Counted from the first letter of the stretch, positions 51,354 through 62,544 are shown. The stretch is DNA of 64,000 nt from Erysipelotrichaceae bacterium (GCA_051658525.1 JBOFMT010000084.1:1-64000); one strand, 5' to 3'. Numbers and translations: made by a program. The notes: generated by a model not told the origin, from the sequence alone.

Positions 51354-52497
51354 AATTCATCTCCCGTATCATCGCAACTGCCCGCTTGATGGCAGGTGTT
51401 TTTCTTTTAGTCAAAATCCAAGCATCTCCATTAGGTGCGGTTGCCTTACGACCAACGCGTCCACAAATTTGGATAATACTAGCATCATCGAACACGTTAT
51501 GTTCACACCCATAAATTACAATATGGACTCCTTCTATCGTTATCCCTCGTTCCATTAAGGTTGTTGTTATTAAAAAGGGAAATACTTGTTGTTTGAATGC
51601 TTGGATGAGCTTATCTTTATCCTCTTTGCTACTGGTTACATATTCACAAGGAAACTTGATTTTAATCCAATTACGTAAGGTTTTAGCCAAACGTTTGCTC
51701 CCTACAAAAATCATAACCGGTTGCCTTTCGCGATATTTCTTTTGTAGAAAGTAAAATAGAATCCATGCATGCATCCATTTTGGTGTCCAAAGAATTCGAG
51801 GTATGGGAATGGGGTGCCCGTGAGGTCGTTCAAATAAGGTAAGCATCTCAAGCTTTTTATCCTGAACTTGCTGTAACATTAATTCACTTGGTGTTGCCGT
51901 AAGGTAAACTACACTACCGCTACAAGCTTGCTTTGCAATTGCTTCTAACATTGTATTTCCTTTATAAGGAAAGGCATCCACTTCATCTAAAATTAACACA
52001 TCAAAACCATCTACGTAGCGATACAATTGATGCATTGTGCAAATGATAAAGTCACCATCGGTAACATCGGTAAACCCTTCACAAACAGCGATACAATCTA
52101 AGTCATGAAAAGCTTGTTGCATACGTGCGTGTAACTCCAATACCACCTGTCTTCTAGCAATCGCCATCCCAACACGCTTTCCTTGATTACTCATAACCTT
52201 GATAAGTTCCATAACCAATTCTGTCTTACCTGCTCCACAGGCTGCAAATACTAGAACATCTTTATTTGTCCTTACTTTTTCAACGATATCTTGGCTAATT
52301 CGTTGTTGTTTTTCACTTAAAACAAAAGGTAGTTGATAGTTACACTGAATGGTCCGCTTGGTTCTAACGCATGGTTGAGGTTTCATCCCTACATCCATAC
52401 GACCAAAGTGCACACACTTTCTACAATAATAGGTCGTTTGATCCAAAAAAAAGTAGCGAATATCTTCATTACCACAGCGATTGCATTTCATTTTCAC
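51337..52497 (-). CDS. comFA: Competence helicase ComFA (DEAD/DEAH-box)
   Basis: N-terminal Zn-finger CNRCGN...CRKC. Walker A AACGAGKTE, DEVD box, helicase C-terminal domain. Confidence 0.85.
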   Translation of the reverse strand: MKMKCNRCGNEDIRYFFLDQTTYYCRKCVHFGRMDVGMKPQPCVRTKRTIQCNYQLPFVLSEKQQRISQDIVEKVRTNKDVLVFAACGAGKTELVMELIKVMSNQGKRVGMAIARRQVVLELHARMQQAFHDLDCIAVCEGFTDVTDGDFIICTMHQLYRYVDGFDVLILDEVDAFPYKGNTMLEAIAKQACSGSVVYLTATPSELMLQQVQDKKLEMLTLFERPHGHPIPIPRILWTPKWMHAWILFYFLQKKYRERQPVMIFVGSKRLAKTLRNWIKIKFPCEYVTSSKEDKDKLIQAFKQQVFPFLITTTLMERGITIEGVHIVIYGCEHNVFDDASIIQICGRVGRKATAPNGDAWILTKRKTPAIKRAVAMIREMNYGSIV

Positions 52498-52553
52498 CTC
52501 CTATTAACTATAGTATTTTATAGATAACTATCCTAATATTTATAGAATGTGAA

Positions 52554-52589
52554 TGTAAAAAAAGGTGTTTCCAAATGGAAACACCTTTT

Positions 52590-52590
<1 letters not shown>
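52554..52590. terminator. Bidirectional terminator between comFA and purA
   Basis: AAAAAAGGTGTTTCCAaatgGAAACACCTTTTTT. Confidence 0.8.
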
Positions 52591-53891
<1,301 letters not shown>

Positions 53892-53982
53892 TTAAAAACA
53901 ACTGTCTTATTATACATGATTTATGCATATATTTCTACAAAAAAGCAGAATTGTTTCAATTACCACAATCCTGCTCTTTTTG

Positions 53983-54834
53983 TTATTTTAAAACCGATTG
54001 TATCCCCATACAACCTATACCACCATGACTTAGTAACACAGCTGGTAAGTTTACGGTTACAATTTCGATTCCTGTGAACTTATCTTTTAACGCCTTTGTC
54101 GCCTTTTCAACATCTTCAGCTGAAGCAGCATGTGCAATGTAAATACAATATTCATCTGCATTTACACCTAGTCTTTCAAATTCATTACATGCCATTTCAA
54201 ATACTTTCGCATCTGTTCGGGCCATACCAAATTTTTCAATTGCACTTCCATCGTTCTCTAAGACTAACAGCGGCTTAATTTTGAGTAACGACGACATTGA
54301 TGCAGCGATTGGTGAGATTCTTCCACCTTTTTTCAACTGTTCCAATGTCTTTGGATAAACGAAACTTGTTGTATGTGCAAATTTTTCTTGAACTCTTGCC
54401 AATATTTCTTCCACCGAACGTCCATTATCTGCCATGTGTCTGGCTGTGATAGCAGCATCCAAAAGTGGCCCAGCAATCGTTCTTGAATCTACTACATAAA
54501 CATTATCCATTTCCAACTGGCTTGCAATTACATTAAAACCTGAGTAGGTACCTGATAATGACGAGGAAATCGTTAAAATAATGATCGCATCATACTGCTT
54601 TGCTTTCCATTCCATCATCATCTCTTCTACCAAACCGATGTTTGGTTGTGAAGTTGTTGGTACTGCACCATGACGCAATTCATCTAATAAATCATTTGTT
54701 GTTAAATCCAAATGATCACGATAAACGTTGTCACCAATGCTAATGGTTAAAGGAACCAAGGTAATGTTTTCCTTCTGCGCCTGTTCAAAATCTAACGAAG
54801 AAGTTGTATCTGTTACAATTAATATATTACTCAT
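53983..54834 (-). CDS. DegV-family fatty-acid-binding protein
   Basis: 283 aa. MSNILIVTDTTSSLD and a DegV/EDD fold pattern. Confidence 0.85.
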   Translation of the reverse strand: MSNILIVTDTTSSLDFEQAQKENITLVPLTISIGDNVYRDHLDLTTNDLLDELRHGAVPTTSQPNIGLVEEMMMEWKAKQYDAIIILTISSSLSGTYSGFNVIASQLEMDNVYVVDSRTIAGPLLDAAITARHMADNGRSVEEILARVQEKFAHTTSFVYPKTLEQLKKGGRISPIAASMSSLLKIKPLLVLENDGSAIEKFGMARTDAKVFEMACNEFERLGVNADEYCIYIAHAASAEDVEKATKALKDKFTGIEIVTVNLPAVLLSHGGIGCMGIQSVLK

Positions 54835-54892
54835 GTATAATCTCCCATCTTTGTATAAAGAGATTATACTTCCATAACACTTTGAATGTCAA
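54835..54892 (-). promoter_or_regulatory. Consensus sigma-A promoter of degV (TTGACA-N18-TATAAT) with a 10-bp inverted repeat linking the -10 box to the start-codon region
   Basis: Minus strand reads TTGACAttcaaagtgttatggaagTATAATctc...GGGAGATTATACATG. GTATAATCTC pairs with GAGATTATAC, which abuts the ATG. Confidence 0.55.
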
Positions 54893-54917
54893 ACCTTTTT
54901 TATTTGAATATCAAAGT

Positions 54918-55232
54918 TTATTGATTATTACTTTTTTGTTCATAGGAAAAGATGTGCTGTTTTACAAAAGCCACATTCAACCCGTGTGCCAAAAAGTAAG
55001 AACCACCTAGAATATACAGTGTAAGGAGTGCTATATCCGTTATGTTAAAAACCGCACGGTTTAGAATGAGTAAGAGCGCAATAACAAATGGTGTAACCAT
55101 CAGATATTTTCTACGACTCATTTGATCCAGTTGATAACGTTGCTTACAATCTTCACACTGCACGTGCACGATTTTACCATTCCATTTGGTTTCTACCATC
55201 TTGCCACACGTACAACGTATTACATCGATCAA
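54918..55232 (-). CDS. Small membrane protein with N-terminal Zn-ribbon (CxC...CxxC) and two TM helices
   Basis: 104 aa. IRCTCGKMVETKWNGKIVHVQCEDCKQRY, then two hydrophobic helices. No known family recognised. Confidence 0.4.
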   Translation of the reverse strand: MIDVIRCTCGKMVETKWNGKIVHVQCEDCKQRYQLDQMSRRKYLMVTPFVIALLLILNRAVFNITDIALLTLYILGGSYFLAHGLNVAFVKQHIFSYEQKSNNQ

Positions 55233-55295
55233 TATATCACCCTCCTTTTTGTTCTCTTATTATAATCCTTTTAAATAAATATGAAACTAAAATGC

Positions 55296-56591
55296 TTACT
55301 CTAATCCAACACGTTTAAAGATGTTCGAAACGTTTTGTAGGTGATGATCCAATTTAAAGCAGTCATCAATTTCTTCCATGCTTAATTGCGCACGAACCGC
55401 TTCATTTTCTTCCATCAAACTACGGAAGGCAATTTTTTGTTCCCAGGCTTTCATCGCATTTGGTTGTACCAAATCATAAGCAGCTTCACGACTCATACCC
55501 GTTTCAATCAATTTCAACATAAAGCGCTGAGAGAAAATAACACCGTAGGTTTTGTCGATATTTGCTAACATATTGTCTTCAAATACGGTTAACTTCTCTA
55601 CAATGTTTGTAAATCGAGTTAACATATAGTCAAGTAATGCTGTAGCATCTGGTGCAATGATTCGTTCAGCAGCTGAATGTGAGATGTCACGTTCATGCCA
55701 AAGGGCAACATCTTCGAATGCAGTTACCATATAACCACGAAGTACACGGGCACATCCTGTCATATTTTCACTACCAATTGGGTTGCGTTTATGTGGCATT
55801 GCACTTGATCCTTTTTGACCTTTATTGAAGAATTCTTCTGCTTCACGTACTTCTGTACGTTGAAGGTGGCGAATTTCCGTAGCCATTTTCTCAATTGAAG
55901 TACCAATCAATGCTAAAGTTGAGAAGTATTGTGCATGGCGATCACGTTGTAATGTTTGAGTCGAAATACGGCTTGACTCGATGTGTAATTTATCACACAC
56001 ATAATCTTGTACAAATGGTGGCGTGTTGGCAAATGTACCAACTGCTCCAGAAATTTTTCCAACTTCAATCATTTTTCTAGCCTCTAAGAAGCGAGTATAG
56101 TTACGTTGCATTTCGTCATACCATAATGCTAGTTTTAATCCAAATGTTGTGATTTCAGCATGTACCCCATGCGTTCTCCCCATCATTGGTGTCATTTTGT
56201 ATTGCAATGCTTTTGCTTTTAATACGTCTAAGAAACGCAGCAAATCTTGTTCAATAATTTCATTTGCTTGTGCATACAAATGTCCATAAGCAGTATCCAC
56301 TACATCCGTTGATGTCAATCCATAATGAACCCACTTTTTCTCTTCCCCTAAGGTTTCACTTACAGCACGAGTAAACGCTACTACATCGTGACGTGTTTCT
56401 TGTTCAATCTCATAAATACGTTCAATATCAAAAGATGCATTCTCCCATAGCTTTGTTACATCTTCCTTTGGAATTTCCCCTAATTCTGACCATGCTTCGC
56501 AAGCCAAAATTTCAACCTTTAACCATGCTTGAAATTTATTTTCTTCACTCCAAATCTCGCGCATTGCTTTTCTAGAATAACGATTTAACAT
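55296..56591 (-). CDS. purB: Adenylosuccinate lyase
   Basis: 431 aa. Fumarate-lyase signature [11 protein letters not shown]. Confidence 0.95.
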   Translation of the reverse strand: MLNRYSRKAMREIWSEENKFQAWLKVEILACEAWSELGEIPKEDVTKLWENASFDIERIYEIEQETRHDVVAFTRAVSETLGEEKKWVHYGLTSTDVVDTAYGHLYAQANEIIEQDLLRFLDVLKAKALQYKMTPMMGRTHGVHAEITTFGLKLALWYDEMQRNYTRFLEARKMIEVGKISGAVGTFANTPPFVQDYVCDKLHIESSRISTQTLQRDRHAQYFSTLALIGTSIEKMATEIRHLQRTEVREAEEFFNKGQKGSSAMPHKRNPIGSENMTGCARVLRGYMVTAFEDVALWHERDISHSAAERIIAPDATALLDYMLTRFTNIVEKLTVFEDNMLANIDKTYGVIFSQRFMLKLIETGMSREAAYDLVQPNAMKAWEQKIAFRSLMEENEAVRAQLSMEEIDDCFKLDHHLQNVSNIFKRVGLE

Positions 56592-56644
56592 AAAGAACCC
56601 TTCCTCCTGATTTTTACCTCATAATTATAGCATTTTTTTTTACG

Positions 56645-56688
56645 ACCAAAAGAAAAAGATGAACATTACTGTCCATCTTTCATCATTT
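56645..56688 (-). terminator. Terminator after rubrerythrin
   Basis: Minus-strand hairpin AAGATGGACAGTAATGTTCATCTT followed by TTTCTTTT. Confidence 0.7.
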
Positions 56689-57228
56689 TTAGAATTTTTC
56701 TGCTTTTACTTCAAAATGAGCTTTTGAGTAACCACACAATGGACATGCACCAGGGGCATCAGTTCCAACGTGTTCGTATCCACAAATTTCACAAACCCAA
56801 GTAGTTGGTTCGTCTTTTTTGAATACTTTATTGTTTTCTACGTTATCCAACAAAGTTAAGTAACGAGCTTCATGTAATTTTTCAATTTTCGCAACTGCAT
56901 CGAATTGGAATGCTAATTTAGTGAATCCTTCTTCTTTTGCGTCTACTGCCATATGTGCATACATATCAGTCCACTCATAGTGTTCCCCTTCAGCAGCAGC
57001 TTTTAAGTTCTCAGCTGTAGTTCCGATTTTATCACCGTGTAAAGCTTTGAACCAAAGTTTAGCATGTTCTTGCTCATTACGTGCTGTTTCTTCGAAAACG
57101 CGAGCAATTTTTTCCATACCTTCTTCACGTGCCATTTCAGCGAAATACGTATACTTGTTTCTTGCCATTGATTCCCCGGCAAAAGCTGTAAGCAAATTCT
57201 GTTCTGTTTTTGTTCCTTTGATTTCCAT
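56689..57228 (-). CDS. rbr: Rubrerythrin (diiron ferritin-like domain plus C-terminal rubredoxin CxxC...CxxC)
   Basis: 179 aa. ExxH motifs ([15 protein letters not shown]) and C-terminal [10 protein letters not shown]...CPLCG. Confidence 0.9.
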   Translation of the reverse strand: MEIKGTKTEQNLLTAFAGESMARNKYTYFAEMAREEGMEKIARVFEETARNEQEHAKLWFKALHGDKIGTTAENLKAAAEGEHYEWTDMYAHMAVDAKEEGFTKLAFQFDAVAKIEKLHEARYLTLLDNVENNKVFKKDEPTTWVCEICGYEHVGTDAPGACPLCGYSKAHFEVKAEKF

Positions 57229-57255
57229 AGTTTCCTCCTCTATATTCCTATCACT

Positions 57256-57654
57256 TTACTGTGATTTTGGACCTGTTTGTAAGCAATCATTGCACACTCC
57301 CCAAAAAGTAATTGAGTATGCTTCAATCTTCATATTGTTTCGTTCTTGTGCATGTTCGATAAATTGTTCATCCTCATCAATGTGAGCATCGAAAATTTGA
57401 TTGCAGGTTTTGCAATACAAATGATGGTGAACAAGTGGACTTTTATCATAAACATATCCATCTCTTGGATGTGATATTTTATTAATGACACGTAGTTCAG
57501 TCAAAATGTTTAGATTACGATAAACGGTTGCTAACGAAATCAGACTACCTTTGGACTTTAACCCTTGAAAAATCTCATCTGCACTCATGTGACCATGGGT
57601 TTCTTTAATAAAGCGCTCGATTTCATCGCGCTGTTTCGATCGTTTGTACTTCAC
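57256..57654 (-). CDS. perR: Fur-family transcriptional regulator, PerR-like (co-transcribed with rubrerythrin)
   Basis: 132 aa. Fur-family HTH and metal sites (HHHLYCKTCNQIFD, C-terminal CxxC). GTG start with an AGGAGG RBS. 27 nt gap to rbr. Confidence 0.75.
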   Translation of the reverse strand: MKYKRSKQRDEIERFIKETHGHMSADEIFQGLKSKGSLISLATVYRNLNILTELRVINKISHPRDGYVYDKSPLVHHHLYCKTCNQIFDAHIDEDEQFIEHAQERNNMKIEAYSITFWGVCNDCLQTGPKSQ

Positions 57655-57665
57655 GCTTGACCTCC

Positions 57666-57713
57666 TAACTAAGAACTATTCTTAGTATAACTCTTAGTTT
57701 TAGTTATGTCAAT
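57666..57713 (-). promoter_or_regulatory. perR-rbr promoter (TTGACA-N16-TATACT) with two inverted repeats (candidate operator)
   Basis: Plus strand: ACTAAGAActaTTCTTAGT (57668-57686) and ATAACTcttagtttTAGTTAT (57687-57707). On the minus strand these lie in the -35/-10 spacer and across the predicted TSS. Confidence 0.5.
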
Positions 57714-57715
57714 GC

Positions 57716-59083
57716 TTAAAGTAATTTTTTCGTTTCTAATTTTTGAGGGACGTCTGCCTGATATCCTAACTCCTGCAATTTTGCTTGGAATCCCAAGGAT
57801 ACTTGTTCCTCTCCATGTACAATAAAGATTCCTCTAGGCTTTTGATCAAAAGAAGCCAACCAGTTTAGCAATCCTTCCCGATCAGCATGACCACTCAAGC
57901 CTTTATAATCAATAAGTTGTGCTTTTACATTCACTCGTTTTCCTAAAATTGTTACCGGATTCTCGCCATTCAATAGTTTTTTACCTAAAGTTCCTTCCGC
58001 TTGATATCCTACAAATAGGATAGTATCTTCTTTTTTTCCTAATCTATTTTTCAGATGGTGTACAATTCTACCTGCATCACACATCCCACTCGAAGCAATG
58101 ATTACTTTGCGTTCACTTCGATAATTCAATTCTTTACTTTCCATCGCATCTTCAACAAAGTGAAGACCTTTAAAATACATCGGAGCCTCACCCTGCTCAT
58201 ACAACGCTAACGTTTCCTCATCTGCAACAGGATACAACTCATTTACAAATATTTGAGTTGCCTTTGTTGCAAGTGGTGAATCTACATAGACATCGAAGGG
58301 TTCATCCACCAAGCGTCGATGTTTAATTTCTCGCAAGTAATACAACAACCCTTGTGTTCTTCCAATCGCAAAAGATGGAACAATGACATCTCCGCCTCGA
58401 GCAAAAGTTTCCGCTAAAATATGTGCTATCTCAGCTGCTCGATCTTTATTCTTATAATGCGTTCGATCTGCATATGTAGATTCCATAAGGATGTAATCCG
58501 CTTGATGAAATAAAGTCGGGTCTGCAATCATCGGCTGATTGATATTTCCGATGTCACCGGAGAATACGACTACCCTTGTTTCCTTTCCATCTTGCAGTGT
58601 GAGTTGGAGTGAACTTGATCCCAAGAGATGACCAGCGTCCTGAAAAACAAAGCTTACATTTTGATTAAAGCTTACCACTTTTCCATATTGCGTAATTCGA
58701 ACAGACTCCAGTGCCTGTTTCACATCTTCTTTGGTATAAAGAGGAATTCCTTGCCCACTCGGATCTTCCAACGCATTATGCTCTTGAATATTTGCTGAAT
58801 CTTCCAACATAATTTCCATCAATTTTGCAGTCTGCCCAATGGTATAGATTGGGCCTTGATATCCCATTTTTGCAAGTAGAGGTACTCTACCGCAATGATC
58901 AATATGCGCATGTGTAATCAAAACCAGGTCAAGTTGTGAAACATCGAACGGTAGCGTATTGTCCAATGGTTCATGCTCGCCTTGGAACATGCCACAATCT
59001 ACTAAAACATTTGTTTCTCCAGCACTTAATAAATAACAAGATCCCGTTACCTCAAATGCTCCACCATAAAATGTAATGTTCAT
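57716..59083 (-). CDS. MBL-fold metallo-hydrolase of the beta-CASP family (CPSF/RNase-J-related RNA-metabolising nuclease)
   Basis: Motif order HxHxDH (THAHIDHCG) then beta-CASP region. Start set at MNITFYGG (59083) with a GGAGG RBS. Confidence 0.75.
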   Translation of the reverse strand: MNITFYGGAFEVTGSCYLLSAGETNVLVDCGMFQGEHEPLDNTLPFDVSQLDLVLITHAHIDHCGRVPLLAKMGYQGPIYTIGQTAKLMEIMLEDSANIQEHNALEDPSGQGIPLYTKEDVKQALESVRITQYGKVVSFNQNVSFVFQDAGHLLGSSSLQLTLQDGKETRVVVFSGDIGNINQPMIADPTLFHQADYILMESTYADRTHYKNKDRAAEIAHILAETFARGGDVIVPSFAIGRTQGLLYYLREIKHRRLVDEPFDVYVDSPLATKATQIFVNELYPVADEETLALYEQGEAPMYFKGLHFVEDAMESKELNYRSERKVIIASSGMCDAGRIVHHLKNRLGKKEDTILFVGYQAEGTLGKKLLNGENPVTILGKRVNVKAQLIDYKGLSGHADREGLLNWLASFDQKPRGIFIVHGEEQVSLGFQAKLQELGYQADVPQKLETKKLL

Positions 59084-59160
59084 ATATGCCTCCATATTAT
59101 CTTTACAATAACAATATTCTAGAAATATGCAACTCGTACGATTCAAAAATAACTGAAATA

Positions 59161-59208
59161 TTACAAATAAAAAAAAGAACTAACAGTAGGTACTGTTAGC
59201 TCCAATTT
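59161..59208 (-). terminator. Terminator after rsmI
   Basis: AACTAACAGTAGGTACTGTTAGCT hairpin with flanking A/T runs. Confidence 0.65.
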
Positions 59209-60057
59209 TTAGCTATGATATTGCTTATAAATTTCATTTTTTGAAATATTTCGTTCTTTCGCAACCCGTTTAATAGCCTCGTTTGTTGACAATCCTTGAC
59301 TGATATAAGTTTGGATTTGATCACCTATCAAAGGCAATGCGATGTCTGGTGTACGTTCCTCTTCACTACCGGCAACAATAACAACCATTTCCCCTTTTAA
59401 TTGATCAGATATTTCTAATAATTCTGAAATGGTACCTCTAATAAATTCTTCATGACGTTTGGTTAGTTCGCGTGCAATACAAACTTCACGATCCCCTAAT
59501 ATATTCAAACAGCTTTGAAGAAATTTACTAATTCGATGTGGAGATTCATAAAAAATAAGAGTTTCAGGGTAATACTTTAAATGCGTTAATTGTTTGACAC
59601 GTTCTTTTTCCGAGTGTCCTAAAAATCCATAAAATACGAATGGTTGACTAGAAATTCCACTTGCAACGAGTGCATTTAACATAGCATTACTTCCAGAAAT
59701 TGGAACAACATTAAAACCAGCTTCGACAACTAGTTTTACCAATGTTTGCCCTGGGTCTGAAACCAATGGGTATCCAGCATCACTAACAATTGCAATTGAT
59801 TTTCCTTGTTCCAATAAGTTTAATAGTCCCTTAGCACTCTCACGCTCGTTATGAGAATGATGTGCAACCATTTTATTTTTTATTTCAAAATGCGAAAGTA
59901 ACTTCATGGTATTTCTCGTATCTTCCGCAGCGATTAAATCTACACTTTGCAATACTTTGATTGCTCTTGGTGTAAACTCCTCTAAATTTCCAATCGGTGT
60001 AGCAACTAAGTACAACGTTGGATTATCATTATCAAAACTTTTTTGCCGTTGCATCAT
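59209..60057 (-). CDS. rsmI: 16S rRNA (cytidine1402-2'-O)-methyltransferase
   Basis: LYLVATPIGNLEEFTPRAIKVLQSVDLIAAEDTRNT, tetrapyrrole-methylase fold. Conserved position after yaaT. Confidence 0.9.
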   Translation of the reverse strand: MMQRQKSFDNDNPTLYLVATPIGNLEEFTPRAIKVLQSVDLIAAEDTRNTMKLLSHFEIKNKMVAHHSHNERESAKGLLNLLEQGKSIAIVSDAGYPLVSDPGQTLVKLVVEAGFNVVPISGSNAMLNALVASGISSQPFVFYGFLGHSEKERVKQLTHLKYYPETLIFYESPHRISKFLQSCLNILGDREVCIARELTKRHEEFIRGTISELLEISDQLKGEMVVIVAGSEEERTPDIALPLIGDQIQTYISQGLSTNEAIKRVAKERNISKNEIYKQYHS

Positions 60058-60066
60058 GATGACCTC

Positions 60067-60888
60067 CTAACCTTTGTAGTTTGGGAACAACTCCTGTAAA
60101 CTAACAAACAAGATATTTTCTCTATTCTCTATTTTTGCTTGATTTAAAATAAGATTAACTCCAGTCAAACGGAATTTTTGACCATTGTATTCCAATTGGC
60201 TATTCAATTTTGGAATGCCTTCTTTTTGTGTTTTGTATTGCTGATCTTCATACTTCAAACAGCACATCAACTTACCGCACTGACCACTAAGTTTTTGAAT
60301 ATTTAAGGCCAAGTACTGATTTTTTGCCATATTAATACTAACAACATCAAAATCATTTAAGAAGCGAGAACAACACGTTTCCATCCCACAAACACCCAAA
60401 CCGCCAACGATTTTAGCTTTGTTACGAGGTCCAATTTGTTTCAGCTCAACGCGACATTTAAATACTGAAGCCAATTCTTTTAACAGTTCACGGAAATCTA
60501 CACGTTCATCAGCAACATATACAAAGATAATTTTAGAACGATCTAACGTATATTCACATTCGATCAGCTTCATATCTAATTTTAGTTTTTCTATGAGCTC
60601 AGCACATTTTACAATTGCTTCTTTTGCTAAGATTTGATTTGCTTCATATCGTTTACTGTCATCTTTACTTGCTTTACGTAATACAGGACGAATTTCTAAA
60701 CCATTGCTATTTGCGATAAATGGCTCACACGGTTTGGCAATCTTTCCAATCTCAACACCACGAATGGTCTCAACAACAACCAAATCACCCACTTGATAAG
60801 TGCCAGTATCGCTACCGAAATTATATATTTTTTTTGTATCTTTAAAACTAATATACGCTAAATGCGTAAATTTTCTTTGTTCACTCAT
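60067..60888 (-). CDS. ricT: PSP1-domain protein YaaT/RicT (stage 0 sporulation / RNase Y regulatory complex component)
   Basis: 273 aa. PSP1 C-terminal domain with Cys cluster (GGLGVCGMETCCSRFL...CGKLMCCLKYE). Conserved holB-yaaT order. Confidence 0.85.
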   Translation of the reverse strand: MSEQRKFTHLAYISFKDTKKIYNFGSDTGTYQVGDLVVVETIRGVEIGKIAKPCEPFIANSNGLEIRPVLRKASKDDSKRYEANQILAKEAIVKCAELIEKLKLDMKLIECEYTLDRSKIIFVYVADERVDFRELLKELASVFKCRVELKQIGPRNKAKIVGGLGVCGMETCCSRFLNDFDVVSINMAKNQYLALNIQKLSGQCGKLMCCLKYEDQQYKTQKEGIPKLNSQLEYNGQKFRLTGVNLILNQAKIENRENILFVSLQELFPNYKG

Positions 60889-61859
60889 GCTAACACCTCC
60901 TTTATTTGATAAATGAACGAGTCAATCAATAAGTTTAAATTGATCGATTTATTGATGGTATCATTACACTGCAATACGATAAACAAGACTTTGATTGCTT
61001 GTTCTTTTGTAAGCTTGGATTGTCCCAAAATTTGATCAAAAGCCGGGACATTGGATTGTTTTACTTCCGCTTTATATTTCACAAATAGTGTGATCATATT
61101 TAGGTACAAAACAAACACTTCACGATCGTCTTGTTTCTTTTTCGAAAAACCTTCACTCTGTAAAAGATACAAAGCTTGCTTGGCATTCGAATGCAAGATT
61201 CCTGCCGTTTGCTCAAACAAAGAGCGTGCTCTTTGATAAGTGTCTTCTTCAACTAAGCGTATCATCTCTTCTAACCCATTTACTAGGTGTGAGAGTAGGA
61301 AGGCATCAAGTTCATAGTCCATATGCACCAGTGCTTGAGCGTACAATTGTTCGGCAGCAGCTTTTTTAAATTTCACTACTTGGGTACGTGAAACAATGGT
61401 TGGTAATAATCGATCGAGCTGTTCCGTAATTAAGATAGCTGTAACGTCGTTACTAGGTTCTTCCAAAAACTTTAATAGGGTATTCATGGCATCCGGTGTT
61501 GCATGTTCAACCATATTTAATATAAAGATTTTTTTTCCTCTTTTTTCTAACGCTGTTTTTGAAAATTGTTGTTGAATGCGCAAAATATGTTCTTTTTTTA
61601 TGGTTTCTTTTGCTCCATCAATAAAAATTAGGTCAGCATAATTACCATGTTGAATACGCAAGCAATCTTCACACTGTTCGCATGCTTCGCTATCTTGCTG
61701 ACAAACGAGGGCCTGGCTCATGTAATAAGCCATCTTTCGCTTGTATGTCCCCTTCTCACCAACGAACAGGTAAGCATGACTCAAAGCATCTTTCGAGAAT
61801 GCATTGTGTAAGACTTGATAGGCAACACGCTGTTGCTGTTGTAAGAGTGAACGATCCAT
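60885..61859 (-). CDS. holB: DNA polymerase III subunit delta-prime
   Basis: 324 aa. AAA+ clamp-loader pattern (HAYLFVGEKGTYK), Zn-module cysteines (CQQDSEACEQCEDC). Confidence 0.85.
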   Translation of the reverse strand: MDRSLLQQQQRVAYQVLHNAFSKDALSHAYLFVGEKGTYKRKMAYYMSQALVCQQDSEACEQCEDCLRIQHGNYADLIFIDGAKETIKKEHILRIQQQFSKTALEKRGKKIFILNMVEHATPDAMNTLLKFLEEPSNDVTAILITEQLDRLLPTIVSRTQVVKFKKAAAEQLYAQALVHMDYELDAFLLSHLVNGLEEMIRLVEEDTYQRARSLFEQTAGILHSNAKQALYLLQSEGFSKKKQDDREVFVLYLNMITLFVKYKAEVKQSNVPAFDQILGQSKLTKEQAIKVLFIVLQCNDTINKSINLNLLIDSFIYQIKEVLA

Positions 61860-61860
61860 A

Positions 61861-62481
61861 TTAGATTACGGATAGCACTGCATCTAGTGCTGATGCATAT
61901 ACCGATTCAACTCTTTGATTCGCATCTACAACAATCATTCGTTCTGCAAAACGCTCCAATACTGCTTCGTATCCCTTTGCTACTAAATAGTGAAACGCTT
62001 CGCTTTCTAAATCCAAGCGATCTTTATGTAATCTTGATACGATTCGGTCCAATCCTATTTTAGGATCGAGTTTTAAAAAAATCGTTTTGTCTGGCATATA
62101 TTGTTCGATTGCAAATTGATTCATCTCAAAAACTTCATCAAATCCGAGACCCCGACCATAGCCTTGATATGCAAGTGAGCTGTCGATAAAGCGATCACAT
62201 AACACAATTTTTCCTTCCGCCAATGCTGGAATTACTTTTTCTGTTAAATGCTGACGGCGACTTGCAGCATAAAGTAACGCTTCACAACGCGCATCCATTG
62301 CCGTATTATCCGGATTTAAAATCACATCTCTAATTTGTTCAGCAATTGCTATACCACCTGGCTCACGCGTGTAAATCACGTCATAACCTTGTGCTTTTAA
62401 TGTTTCATATATTTTTTGTGAAATGGTAGTTTTCCCACTTCCATCGTTTCCTTCAAAGGTGATAAATTTTCCTTGTTTCAT
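61861..62481 (-). CDS. tmk: Thymidylate kinase
   Basis: GKFITFEGNDGSGKTT P-loop, DRF motif (CDRFIDSSLAYQG). Confidence 0.95.
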   Translation of the reverse strand: MKQGKFITFEGNDGSGKTTISQKIYETLKAQGYDVIYTREPGGIAIAEQIRDVILNPDNTAMDARCEALLYAASRRQHLTEKVIPALAEGKIVLCDRFIDSSLAYQGYGRGLGFDEVFEMNQFAIEQYMPDKTIFLKLDPKIGLDRIVSRLHKDRLDLESEAFHYLVAKGYEAVLERFAERMIVVDANQRVESVYASALDAVLSVI

Positions 62482-62544
62482 ATTACACCTAACCTTCCAT
62501 ATAGTTATTATACACTGAATTCATCATCCTTTGCCTGCAATCCG

